A DNA stretch of 50,014 bases from an uncultured archaeon. GTDB lineage: Archaea; Asgardarchaeota; Thorarchaeia; Thorarchaeales; Thorarchaeaceae. The notes under the pieces were generated by a model. That model made no database searches and had not been told where the DNA came from. It was given only the letters and a program-made list of their open reading frames with translations. The stretch covers positions 1 through 50,014 of the forward strand of contig CAYWJO010000024.1 of the NCBI GenBank assembly GCA_964458565.1, in the 5' to 3' direction. Made by a program: the position numbers and the translations under genes. The first letter of the stretch is position 1; each line of letters opens with the position of its first letter. Shown piece by piece: positions 19,308 through 27,806 of the stretch.

Positions 19308-20018
19308 ATGCCAGACTTATTTGGAGAAATAATGAAAGATGCAGTGAATGGAGACCCTGCATATCACTCGACTGAAAGAGATGATGGATATATCACAGAG
19401 AGTTCAGGTGTGCAATATGTGGCTTCTTTTGAGGATTGGCACGAAGCTGAAAAACTAGCGATTGATTATGTGAGGGGACGCGTTCTGGATATTGGGTGTG
19501 GTGCAGGGAGAGTTACTCTTTATTTGCAAGACAACGGATTGGATGTTATTGCAATCGATGTATCGCCTGGAGCAATTGAAGCCTCAAAAAGTAGAGGTGT
19601 TGAAAATGCGCAGCTAATGGATGTTAAGAATTTAGAATTTCCGGATGATACATTTGATACAATCATTCTGTTTGGTAATAACTTTGGAATCCTAGGGGAG
19701 CCTTCGAATGTAGTGCAAATGCTAAGGAAACTGCATCAAGTCACAACAAAGGATGCTATTGTCCTTGCATGTTCAATAAACCCAGTTATTACAGAGAATC
19801 CTCTACACCACAAATATCATGAGAATAATAGAGCAAGAGGAAATCCACCGGGTCTTATAAAACTTCGACTAAACTACAAGGATGCTGTTGGAGATTGGTG
19901 GGAACTTCTATTGGCAGAACCTCAGCTTATGTCAGATATAGCAGATCAGGCAGGATGGAGATTGGATGAATCTCTGGGACCTCCAGAATACTATGTGGGC
20001 GTTCTGCGTAAGAGGTGA
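19308..20018 (+). CDS. class I SAM-dependent methyltransferase
   Basis: VLDIGCGAG motif I, followed by FDTIILFGNNFG. Confidence 0.92.
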   Translation: MPDLFGEIMKDAVNGDPAYHSTERDDGYITESSGVQYVASFEDWHEAEKLAIDYVRGRVLDIGCGAGRVTLYLQDNGLDVIAIDVSPGAIEASKSRGVENAQLMDVKNLEFPDDTFDTIILFGNNFGILGEPSNVVQMLRKLHQVTTKDAIVLACSINPVITENPLHHKYHENNRARGNPPGLIKLRLNYKDAVGDWWELLLAEPQLMSDIADQAGWRLDESLGPPEYYVGVLRKR

Positions 20019-20027
20019 GACCAATCT

Positions 20028-20738
20028 TTGAATGATATTATTGGAGAAATAATGAGAAATGTCTACAGAGGGGAAGAGGGTATACACATAATTGAACGTG
20101 ACGATGGATTTGAGTCGCAGGATCTTGGTTCATGGTTTGATAGTTCATACGACGATTGGCCAGATTGCCAAAAGGAACCATTGCGATTTGTGAAAGGGAG
20201 AATACTGGATATTGGCTGCGGGATGGGAAGGGTAGCACTTCATCTGCAAGCGCAAGGACATGATGTAGTCGGGATTGACATCTCACCAACAGCAATTGAT
20301 CTATGTCAGCAGAGAGGACTTAGGGATGCAAGAGTAATGTCAGCAGCGGAATTAGAGTTTCCAGAGGAGTATTTCACTACTATAATTCTGTATGGTAACA
20401 ATTTTGGGGTATTAGGTGAACCAAAAGCAGTAGTGAGTATGTTGAAGGAGATTCATAAGATCACTACGAAGGACGCAGTGATTCTCGCTGAAACAATTGA
20501 CCCAGAGAATCTGACTAACCCAATTCATGTCAAATACCATGAAAGCAATAAGAACAAGGGCAATCTTCCAGGATTGTGGCGAATTCGAACAAAGTATAAG
20601 GAAATGGTAGGCGATTGGCACAATATTCTTTTTGTCAGTCCTGAACTGATGAAAGAAATGGCAATAGAAGCAGGCTGGCTGCTTGAACAAGTGATTGGAG
20701 AGAGAGATTTGTACGTTGGAATATTAAAGAAGGTGTGA
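20028..20738 (+). CDS. class I SAM-dependent methyltransferase (tandem paralog of the upstream gene)
   Basis: ILDIGCGMG and TIILYGNNFG motifs; same length (236 aa) and colinear with 19308-20018. Confidence 0.92.
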   Translation: MNDIIGEIMRNVYRGEEGIHIIERDDGFESQDLGSWFDSSYDDWPDCQKEPLRFVKGRILDIGCGMGRVALHLQAQGHDVVGIDISPTAIDLCQQRGLRDARVMSAAELEFPEEYFTTIILYGNNFGVLGEPKAVVSMLKEIHKITTKDAVILAETIDPENLTNPIHVKYHESNKNKGNLPGLWRIRTKYKEMVGDWHNILFVSPELMKEMAIEAGWLLEQVIGERDLYVGILKKV

Positions 20739-20744
20739 AGTAAC

Positions 20745-21278
20745 ATGGCAGTTTACGCATATGGAGATAAAATTCCCAAGATTGCAGATTCCGCATTTAT
20801 TCATCCTCAGGCAAGTGTAATTGGAGATGTTGTTATTGGGGAAAGGGTGTTCATCGCACCAATGGTATCAATTAGAGGCGATAGAGGGCCAATTGTGATC
20901 GGGGATGAATCGAATGTTCAGGATGGTGCAGTGATTCATTCCGAACCGGGTATGACTACTGAAATCGGAAAACGAGTAAACGTCGGGCACAATGCATCGA
21001 TTCATGCCAAGTTAGTTGGTGATGATGTAGCTATAGGAATGGGTGCAGTACTCATGCTTGGGAGCGTTGTAGCAAAAGGAGCTTTGATTGCCAATTCTGC
21101 GCTCTTACATCCCAAGACTGTAACTGAACCATTCAAGGTCTACGCGGGAGTTCCAGCTAAATATCTTAGAGACCTCAAGGAAGACGATCCTGCTCGCAGA
21201 GCTGTAACCGAATATGTAAGGTCATATGTTGAGTTCTCTATTCGATATCCAAAGGAACTGAGAAAACTGAGGGATTAA
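20745..21278 (+). CDS. gamma carbonic anhydrase / hexapeptide-repeat family protein
   Basis: IRGD, SNVQDGAVIH, VGHNASIH and AGVPAK motifs. Confidence 0.92.
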   Translation: MAVYAYGDKIPKIADSAFIHPQASVIGDVVIGERVFIAPMVSIRGDRGPIVIGDESNVQDGAVIHSEPGMTTEIGKRVNVGHNASIHAKLVGDDVAIGMGAVLMLGSVVAKGALIANSALLHPKTVTEPFKVYAGVPAKYLRDLKEDDPARRAVTEYVRSYVEFSIRYPKELRKLRD

Positions 21279-21287
21279 GGAAGACAT

Positions 21288-21929
21288 CTAGAGCAAAACT
21301 TCATTGAGAATTGTCACAAAAATACCTTGAACCTCATTTTGTAGATCTTCATTTTCAGATAGGTTATACCATGGGCGCTCAAGCTGATGTGGTCTTATTG
21401 TGACTTTTGTAACTTTTTTATCATCTTTGGAAAATTGAACATGAACCAGTGTTTTGAGATAGTCAGTAGCTAAAAAGGATGCAATCATCGGTGCAACTGG
21501 TACCAATAAAACTGTCAGTAGTAGTGCTATGATTAATGCATAATTCGTGAAAGTAGCAAGTGTATTGGTCAATAAGTATGTCGCAGCTGCAAAGATTAAA
21601 CCAGATGCAGTCAAGGCATCAACCAATGAATCCCATAGCTCAGCAGGTCTCAGAAAAAGCATCTCGATTGATTCATCATTCACTATGTATTCCAACTGAC
21701 TCGCCTTCAGTATAGTGAATCCAAATACAATAATTACATAACCTGCAAGAAAAACGAAAATGGGAGGTCCAAAGACAGCGTATAGTTGGACAGACCATAC
21801 AAAGAATAAACAGATTGCAAGAACAGCACCCCCAATTCTCCAATTATAGTTAAAGCCTTCTAAGAATTCACTTTGACGTATGTGATGTTTGTATTTACCG
21901 CGGGGGATTATCTTAGATGAGGAACTCAT
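21288..21929 (-). CDS. hypothetical membrane protein
   Basis: 213-aa ORF with four predicted TM helices; GGAGG upstream. Confidence 0.7.
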   Translation of the reverse strand: MSSSSKIIPRGKYKHHIRQSEFLEGFNYNWRIGGAVLAICLFFVWSVQLYAVFGPPIFVFLAGYVIIVFGFTILKASQLEYIVNDESIEMLFLRPAELWDSLVDALTASGLIFAAATYLLTNTLATFTNYALIIALLLTVLLVPVAPMIASFLATDYLKTLVHVQFSKDDKKVTKVTIRPHQLERPWYNLSENEDLQNEVQGIFVTILNEVLL

Positions 21930-22033
21930 GTATCTAAATTCACACTTTCCTCCTGATATACCATTCTGCTTGAGTCATCCATCAGACTTTTAGCAAGATA
22001 GGTAGTGTCCAAAGATATACCGGAGGAGATTAA

Positions 22034-22414
22034 TTGCAAGAACTGAATCTCAGATACTATTGCTATGTCTGTGGTCATCCAAATGAACTGAAACCCAAAG
22101 TGCCTGAAGCACCAGAGATGAGACAAGAGGATATAGCCTGTGAGCAATGTGGGGATACAACACATGTTTTACTTACAAGTTGTCCTTCATGTAAGCAGGA
22201 GTATCGCTACTTTTTATCAGACCTCGACTTTCCAGAGGAGTTGAATTCCCTCGCAAAAACCTACTTGAAAATCATTGAAGGCATTAAGGAATCACTACAA
22301 GGTCATGTTGAAGAGTTTGAGGTTCTCGTACCAAAACGGTGGTCAGTGCATTTCGAATGCTCTTGTGGTGAAGAGTATGATGCTGAACTCCAACTACCCA
22401 AGAAAGCAAAATAG
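22034..22414 (+). CDS. hypothetical zinc-binding protein
   Basis: CYVC, CEQC, CPSC and CSC motifs; GGAGG SD before the TTG start. Confidence 0.75.
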   Translation: MQELNLRYYCYVCGHPNELKPKVPEAPEMRQEDIACEQCGDTTHVLLTSCPSCKQEYRYFLSDLDFPEELNSLAKTYLKIIEGIKESLQGHVEEFEVLVPKRWSVHFECSCGEEYDAELQLPKKAK

Positions 22415-22434
22415 TTGTCTGAAGGCGTTCACGT

Positions 22435-23277
22435 TTGATAATCCGACCTATGCGTCAAAATGATTTGACATTTGCATTATTTTTGACGAACTATGAGAAA
22501 TGGTCGGATATTGCATTCGATTTTGAAACACTTATCTCATATCCAAAACAGGCGGCCTTCATTCTGGAGGCAGATGGAAAAAGAGTAGGAATGATTGGTA
22601 CTGTGAGCTATGAGCATATGGGATTTATTGGTTCTTTCATTGTTCATCCGAACTATCGTGGTCAGGGATACGGTACTGCGCTTTTTGACCATGGGATAGA
22701 TCATCTCAAAAAAATGGGGACGGAGTTAATTCTACTGGATGCAGTAGAAGAGGCTCAGTCATTTTATGAGAATAAGGGATTCAAAACTCTCTTCACATCC
22801 CATAGATTTCGTGGAACGCTTAGGGGCAAAAATAGTGATTATTGTCGGGTGATGAAGAAAGCAGATTTCAAGGATGTAGTATCAGTAGATAGTGAATGCT
22901 TTGGTGAGGACAGGTCTCACTTTCTCAAGAGTTTGTTGACGAATCATCCATTTCATGCACGAATCCTAGAATCATCCGAAGGAAACATCATAGGATTTGC
23001 ATTTGCAAGTGAGAGAAGTGAGTTCTTTAGAATAGGTCCCATGAATATACTTAGCAGGACAAACCTTGCAAGGGATTTGGTACTTAGTATTCCTTTGCCT
23101 AACCATGAAATTGAAGTAAGAATAGGAGTGCCAGGCTATAACGAAGAAGCTCTTTCGATGTATAGAGACCTAGGAATTCCAGAGTCAATATGTTCAATTA
23201 GAATGGGATTGGGAAATTTGGAGAGCATGAGAATGCACAAGGGACAATATGCTATTGGTTCACCTGCGAAAGGGTAG
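22435..23277 (+). CDS. GNAT family N-acetyltransferase (two-domain, YitH-like)
   Basis: VHPNYRGQGYG acetyl-CoA motif, FYENKGF, and a second domain containing FGEDR and IGP. Confidence 0.88.
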   Translation: MIIRPMRQNDLTFALFLTNYEKWSDIAFDFETLISYPKQAAFILEADGKRVGMIGTVSYEHMGFIGSFIVHPNYRGQGYGTALFDHGIDHLKKMGTELILLDAVEEAQSFYENKGFKTLFTSHRFRGTLRGKNSDYCRVMKKADFKDVVSVDSECFGEDRSHFLKSLLTNHPFHARILESSEGNIIGFAFASERSEFFRIGPMNILSRTNLARDLVLSIPLPNHEIEVRIGVPGYNEEALSMYRDLGIPESICSIRMGLGNLESMRMHKGQYAIGSPAKG

Positions 23278-23596
23278 AGTCGCATTCAGTTCTAATAAGA
23301 TCTCGAATGATAAATAGAGGAAGTAGACTCAACAGCACAAAATAGATGTAACCATAGATTATTGGAATAAAGATACTTCCTTCCCACACGTTAGATCCAT
23401 TGAGAATCATAGCCAGCACTAATGGAAAATAGGATATTAGAGTAGGTGCATAGAGAGTAAATGCTACAAAATAGAGAATATACTTTTCGAATAGGACCTT
23501 AACATTCCTCGATGTATAATAAATCAAACCTAATGATATGAACAGGAGCAATGCATTGCAGCAACTGAGCCCATATAGGTATCCATAGAAACCCAT
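23252..23596 (-). CDS. small hypothetical membrane protein
   Basis: 114-aa ORF with three hydrophobic segments filling an otherwise empty gap; GGTGG upstream. Confidence 0.5.
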   Translation of the reverse strand: MGFYGYLYGLSCCNALLLFISLGLIYYTSRNVKVLFEKYILYFVAFTLYAPTLISYFPLVLAMILNGSNVWEGSIFIPIIYGYIYFVLLSLLPLFIIRDLIRTECDSTLSQVNQ

Positions 23597-23698
23597 CCAC
23601 CAATATCAATTCATGATATTCTCTTGGTAGGTAAAAAGGTTCTTGTGTTAGAAATAACACACCCTCCCGGTCCTATACTGAGCATCTAGGGAGTGTTT

Positions 23699-24138
23699 CT
23701 ATACCACAGTAATCTCATAGGTTATTTCAGTCGGAATCTCAATGCTATATGCAACAGGACATGACTTGTGAGCAAGATCGATTACTCGCTCAACCTTTTT
23801 ACGTTCTTTCTCATTTGGAATGGTCACTTCAAGATGAAGTAAAATTCTATCGAACTTCCATACCTTGTCATCACGTTCACACATCTCTGCGTTAGCGGAA
23901 ACCTTACATCAGTGAATTCAGTACGCATTGCGGCGGCGGCTTTAAACATTGAAAGCACTATACATGATGCAGAAGCAGAGATAAAGAGTGTCTGCGGTGA
24001 GAAGTAACCCTCAGGTGCATCGGGCCACCAATCTGGTGCGGAGGTGACCTCGAATTCTTCCATTCCTTGAAGCTTGACTCCCACGAACATTGGTTTAGTC
24101 ACTCGAACTTCGAGTTGATAGTGATGGTTTTCGGACAT
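23699..24138 (-). pseudogene. OsmC-family protein split by a single-base frameshift
   Basis: The N-half (SPQTLF...ASC) is in one frame and the C-half (HKSCPVAYS) in another. At ~23904 the coding strand reads GAT GTA AG GTT TCC GCT AAC; adding one base restores DVKVSANAEM and a full-length paralog of 24189-24632. Confidence 0.85.
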
Positions 24139-24188
24139 GGTTCTATCACCAACTTTTAACTAATAGTTGACATAAAACTTGAGAACCT

Positions 24189-24632
24189 TCAATCTCTCAA
24201 AATAATCTCATACTCAAGTTCGACGGGATTCTTCATCGAATTAGAAACGACGCAATACTGATGTGCACGTTCTGCGGCTTTTCTCATCTTCTTTTTATCT
24301 TTGGATGATGAAACCCAGATCTTCACAGACATGTGTATCTTATCAAATTCCCAGCCATATTCACCCTGAGCAAGAGTTCCATAGGCGTCAATCTCGAAAT
24401 CGTCAAATTCCGCATGATAGCGTTTTGCTACACCTGAAAGCGATACACCATAACATGTCACTGCCGATGCTAAATACAGCTCTTCAGGGGATAAAATTCC
24501 AGGAGGGCTATTTGGCCAAAAGTCAAGTGGAGTCGCGACTTCAAAGTCTGATTTTCCATTTATCCTGACATCGACGATTTTCTCACGCACCCATGTGGAT
24601 TTCATCTCGTATCTATGCTCTTCATTTGTCAT
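24189..24632 (-). CDS. OsmC/Ohr family protein
   Basis: SPEELYLASAVTC and AHQYCVVSNS carry the two conserved Cys. Confidence 0.92.
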   Translation of the reverse strand: MTNEEHRYEMKSTWVREKIVDVRINGKSDFEVATPLDFWPNSPPGILSPEELYLASAVTCYGVSLSGVAKRYHAEFDDFEIDAYGTLAQGEYGWEFDKIHMSVKIWVSSSKDKKKMRKAAERAHQYCVVSNSMKNPVELEYEIILRD

Positions 24633-24661
24633 TGTATATCACTCGAAAGTGACTCCCAATC

Positions 24662-24678
24662 ACACAATAGTATTGTGT
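24662..24678. promoter_or_regulatory. perfect palindrome, candidate operator upstream of the osmC pair
   Basis: ACACAATA-G-TATTGTGT, 30 bp upstream of the osmC start codon. Confidence 0.5.
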
Positions 24679-24729
24679 CGTGGCAAATCTTCAAAAAAAG
24701 AGATTACGCGCTCACTCTCATTCTTTGAG

Positions 24730-24743
24730 GAAGAGGTTTATTA
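24730..24743 (+). promoter_or_regulatory. candidate archaeal BRE/TATA promoter for the downstream structured RNA
   Basis: Purine-rich GAAGAGG followed by TTTATTA (24737-24743), about 25 nt upstream of the hairpin's 5' end. Confidence 0.5.
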
Positions 24744-24764
24744 GGAAAGAGTACTAATACTTGC

Positions 24765-24860
24765 TCGGTGGTTAGGTAGCTATCAGGGCACCTATATTCT
24801 GTAACATGCCCTCATAACTCCCCCCCTCCTACCAGTTGCCTTGATGGTACTAACCACCAA
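24765..24860 (+). ncRNA. putative structured non-coding RNA (long terminal stem, C-rich loop)
   Basis: GGTGGTTAG-G-TA-G-CTATCAGGGCA (24767-24790) pairs with TGCCTTGATGGTACTAACCACC (24837-24858), giving 22 bp with two bulged G and two G-U pairs that only form on the + strand. No ORF covers the region. Confidence 0.65.
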
Positions 24861-25002
24861 CTCATAGAATTGTTCTAATGACAAAATATTAGAGGGGAGG
24901 TATGTTTCAGATTAACTTTACAATTTGATAATATATCCAACAATGATTTGGCCCTGTAAGTTTTATACCTGCATTCGATAGTATTTCGTACATCCCAAAA
25001 GG

Positions 25003-25911
25003 TTGCTAGAGATGAAAATTGAATTACTCACAAAGGAATACACGAAAGATTGGACATCTTTCATCATCCAAACAAATTGGAAATTACCATGGAATCGAGA
25101 TACATATCAAAAACAAGTAATGCAATTCCTTGACGACAGTCAGCGTTATCATCCATACCTAATAAGAAAGGATGACAAACTTCTAGCTATCGGTACACTT
25201 GAAATTCTGAACGAGAAGGAAGGTCGCCTGGATCATCTAGCACATAGAGAAGGAGAAGATAAATCTCTAGGACTACTGATTGACCATTTATTATTGAAAG
25301 GTCGCAAGTATGAGATCAAAGAGATTTCGGCCTGGCTTTGGGATTCAGAGAAGGAGAAGATTCGAATAATAGAAGAAGTTGGATTCAAATCTACAAAAGA
25401 ATTGGCGTTAGTAGTGCGTAGATTATCAGACAGCATCGCAAAACCCATTTCGAAGAGTTTAACAATATCATCATTGAGAAATGGTGTTTCAATTGAGGAG
25501 TTTGTTACTGCTAATCGTATAGCATTCAGAGATGATGATTCGAGCCTGCTAAAAGTGGATGAACTAAATGAATGGTTGAAAGAAATTCCTGGATTTTTAC
25601 CTGAGCTACAGTTGGTTGCACTATCAGATGGAATGATAGTAGGTACTGTCATGTCTGAGTTTTTTGAAGTCATCACGAAAGAAGTGGTAATAGAGCGAGC
25701 ATGGGTCTATGGTCTAGGAGTCATTGCTGAATGGCGTAGAAGAGGAATAGGAACATCTCTTTTATCGGAGTTGATGAAACGACTCAAACATCTCGGTGTT
25801 GAAGAGTTATGGGCATTAACGGATACAGAAGGAGGGGTAAGGGAATTCTATGATGAGTTGGGATTCATTGAGAAGGATAGGTGGAAAGAGTTCGAACTCA
25901 AAGTTCAATGA
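25003..25911 (+). CDS. tandem GNAT family N-acetyltransferase
   Basis: C-terminal LGVIAEWRRRGIG and FYDELGF motifs, with a degenerate N-terminal GNAT. Likely start is ATG 25012. Confidence 0.88.
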   Translation: MLEMKIELLTKEYTKDWTSFIIQTNWKLPWNRDTYQKQVMQFLDDSQRYHPYLIRKDDKLLAIGTLEILNEKEGRLDHLAHREGEDKSLGLLIDHLLLKGRKYEIKEISAWLWDSEKEKIRIIEEVGFKSTKELALVVRRLSDSIAKPISKSLTISSLRNGVSIEEFVTANRIAFRDDDSSLLKVDELNEWLKEIPGFLPELQLVALSDGMIVGTVMSEFFEVITKEVVIERAWVYGLGVIAEWRRRGIGTSLLSELMKRLKHLGVEELWALTDTEGGVREFYDELGFIEKDRWKEFELKVQ

Positions 25912-26142
25912 TAGTTGATAGAGGAAGCAATGAGAGAGCTCGTCCTTTTTCATGCATTTTATGATTACTTGCTTCCACTAGCCACTACCGTATAGGATAA
26001 TAAAACTGACAGCTATTATTGGTGGATGAGCATGATTCATAGATTTCCTTAAGCAAATTGGCATTAGCATTAGGAGGCACCTATAGTCAACAAAAACATA
26101 GCTTTTTCTCATAGTGTCGCATAGATTGCTCAAGGTGATAAT

Positions 26143-26430
26143 TTGCCAATAAGATTCATCGCACGACTCTCAAATATCGATAAGAATAATATCGGATTCT
26201 ATGTGCCAAAATACGTGAAGGAGTTTTACGGATTGAAACCTGGTCTCTATAAGGGCGGAATCAGTTCAACCCATGGAGAGGTTACCAGCAGTTCGATAAA
26301 ATTGAAGAAATATAAGAAGACATTGACAGGAGTGTTAAAAAAAAACATTGGAGAGCCGGGAAAGATATCTGAGGTTTGGATATATCGGGATACATGGACT
26401 CCACCAAAAACACCTGTCAAGAAACCATAA
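26143..26430 (+). CDS. small basic protein with AbrB/MazE-like swapped-hairpin motif
   Basis: GFYVPKYVKEFYGLKPG resembles the AbrB 'IPK..R..LGLKPG' motif; AGGTGA SD. Confidence 0.5.
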   Translation: MPIRFIARLSNIDKNNIGFYVPKYVKEFYGLKPGLYKGGISSTHGEVTSSSIKLKKYKKTLTGVLKKNIGEPGKISEVWIYRDTWTPPKTPVKKP

Positions 26431-26453
26431 TACGAAATAATGAGGATGTCAGG

Positions 26454-26996
26454 ATGGCGGACGAATTAATCCCAAGATGGATCAGATACATGGACATTGC
26501 AATAGGACTGGTCACAATCATTACAGGATTATTCATTATTGTGAGTCCAGCTCTTGCTCGTTATACCATGATTCTTGTGCTGACAATAGCGCTATTTGCT
26601 GTAGGACTTGCAAGGGTATCAAGAGCGGCTTCAGTGAAATCAATTGGTAAACCTAGACAGGCGATAAATCTCATCTCCGGTATCACCATCCTCATTATTG
26701 TCTTCATTCTATTCTTCACTCCTGCAATGATCTCGCATCAAGCTGAGATGATAATTTTAGTTGCCATAGCGTGGATTATTACAGCATTAGCTCGCATAAT
26801 AGTGACTCTATTAGACAAGGAGATTACTAGACCATTATTCTACTTTCAGATTGTTATAGGCATAGTAACGATACCTCTGGGAATTTGGGTTCTTCTCTAT
26901 TCAGCAGGTGAGGATACTTTGTTATTGACCCTCTTAGGAATCGTCGCATTATCTAATGGGATGGCAAGAACATCTAGAGGGTATGCAGGTGTTTGA
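26454..26996 (+). CDS. HdeD/DUF308-like membrane protein
   Basis: Six TM helices in three repeated hairpins. I moved the start from 26376 to ATG 26454 to remove the overlap with the upstream gene. Confidence 0.75.
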   Translation: MADELIPRWIRYMDIAIGLVTIITGLFIIVSPALARYTMILVLTIALFAVGLARVSRAASVKSIGKPRQAINLISGITILIIVFILFFTPAMISHQAEMIILVAIAWIITALARIIVTLLDKEITRPLFYFQIVIGIVTIPLGIWVLLYSAGEDTLLLTLLGIVALSNGMARTSRGYAGV

Positions 26997-27110
26997 AACG
27001 AAGAGAATGGAACATCATTTTCCCGAGCATTTATTGTTATTTTAGTAAATGTCAGTTTGCTTAAAAAAGAAGATAAGGAAGAGAGTACAATCTATGATGG
27101 AGGAGATGAT

Positions 27111-27548
27111 ATGACAGAACACGTCAATATCAAAGCTACCAAGCCAATGACATCAATCTATGTTGCATTACTGCTAGCAGTGATTGCATTGCTTATCATG
27201 AGCAATATGTTTGCAGCTGAAATTTACGACTTCAGGCTAAGAATCGTTATGTTGGTTTTCTTTGCGTGTGCACTAATGATGATTATTGGAGCTGAAATAG
27301 GACGACTCATATTCAAGGCAGGGATTACTCCAGTTGGATTCGTTGCATTCATCTTTACAAACCTATTCTTCATAGAACTTCTGTTTGCCTCATTCGTCGA
27401 CCAGATGGGAAATGACCTCACAGAACCTACAGGTGCAATGATTGGCACACTCTTGCTAGGAGGAGTGGTTTGGTATGCAATTGTCGTTATTTGGTCACTG
27501 ATTATGTGGATTCGTGATTGGAGGAAAGCAAAAGAGTCCCAAACTTAA
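27111..27548 (+). CDS. hypothetical membrane protein (4 TM)
   Basis: Hydrophobic ORF; start placed at ATG 27111 after GGAGGAG (the track start is 27057). Confidence 0.72.
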   Translation: MTEHVNIKATKPMTSIYVALLLAVIALLIMSNMFAAEIYDFRLRIVMLVFFACALMMIIGAEIGRLIFKAGITPVGFVAFIFTNLFFIELLFASFVDQMGNDLTEPTGAMIGTLLLGGVVWYAIVVIWSLIMWIRDWRKAKESQT

Positions 27549-27591
27549 TTAGACTCTCATCGAAAGAACTCATGAATGGATGTTGAGAACA

Positions 27592-27756
27592 ATGGGAACA
27601 CATTGTCATGATTTAAGGAAAGGATCTATCCTATACTGCTCTGATTGCGGCCTTGAACTCCAAGTGCTATCAGAGTGTAACTGTGAAGATAAGGAAGCGT
27701 GTAGTTGCGACTGCGGATTTAGCTGTTGCGGAGAGGAACTTAAAGTAAAGAAGTAG
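27592..27756 (+). CDS. small Cys-rich metallothionein-like/desulforedoxin-like protein (54 aa)
   Basis: Not in the ORF track. My translation is MGTHCHDLRKGSILYCSDCGLELQVLSECNCEDKEACSCDCGFSCCGEELKVKK (10 Cys, 2 His). A hairpin and T-tract follow the stop. Confidence 0.85.
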   Translation: MGTHCHDLRKGSILYCSDCGLELQVLSECNCEDKEACSCDCGFSCCGEELKVKK

Positions 27757-27782
27757 GGAGCACCCCCACTTCTTTTTCTTTC
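27749..27782 (+). terminator. hairpin plus T-tract after the Cys-rich ORF
   Basis: AGAAGT...ACTTCT stem with internal GGG/CCC pairing, followed by TTTTCTTT. Confidence 0.55.
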
Positions 27783-27806
27783 ATTGAGCGATTTTATTAG
27801 TAGGTA

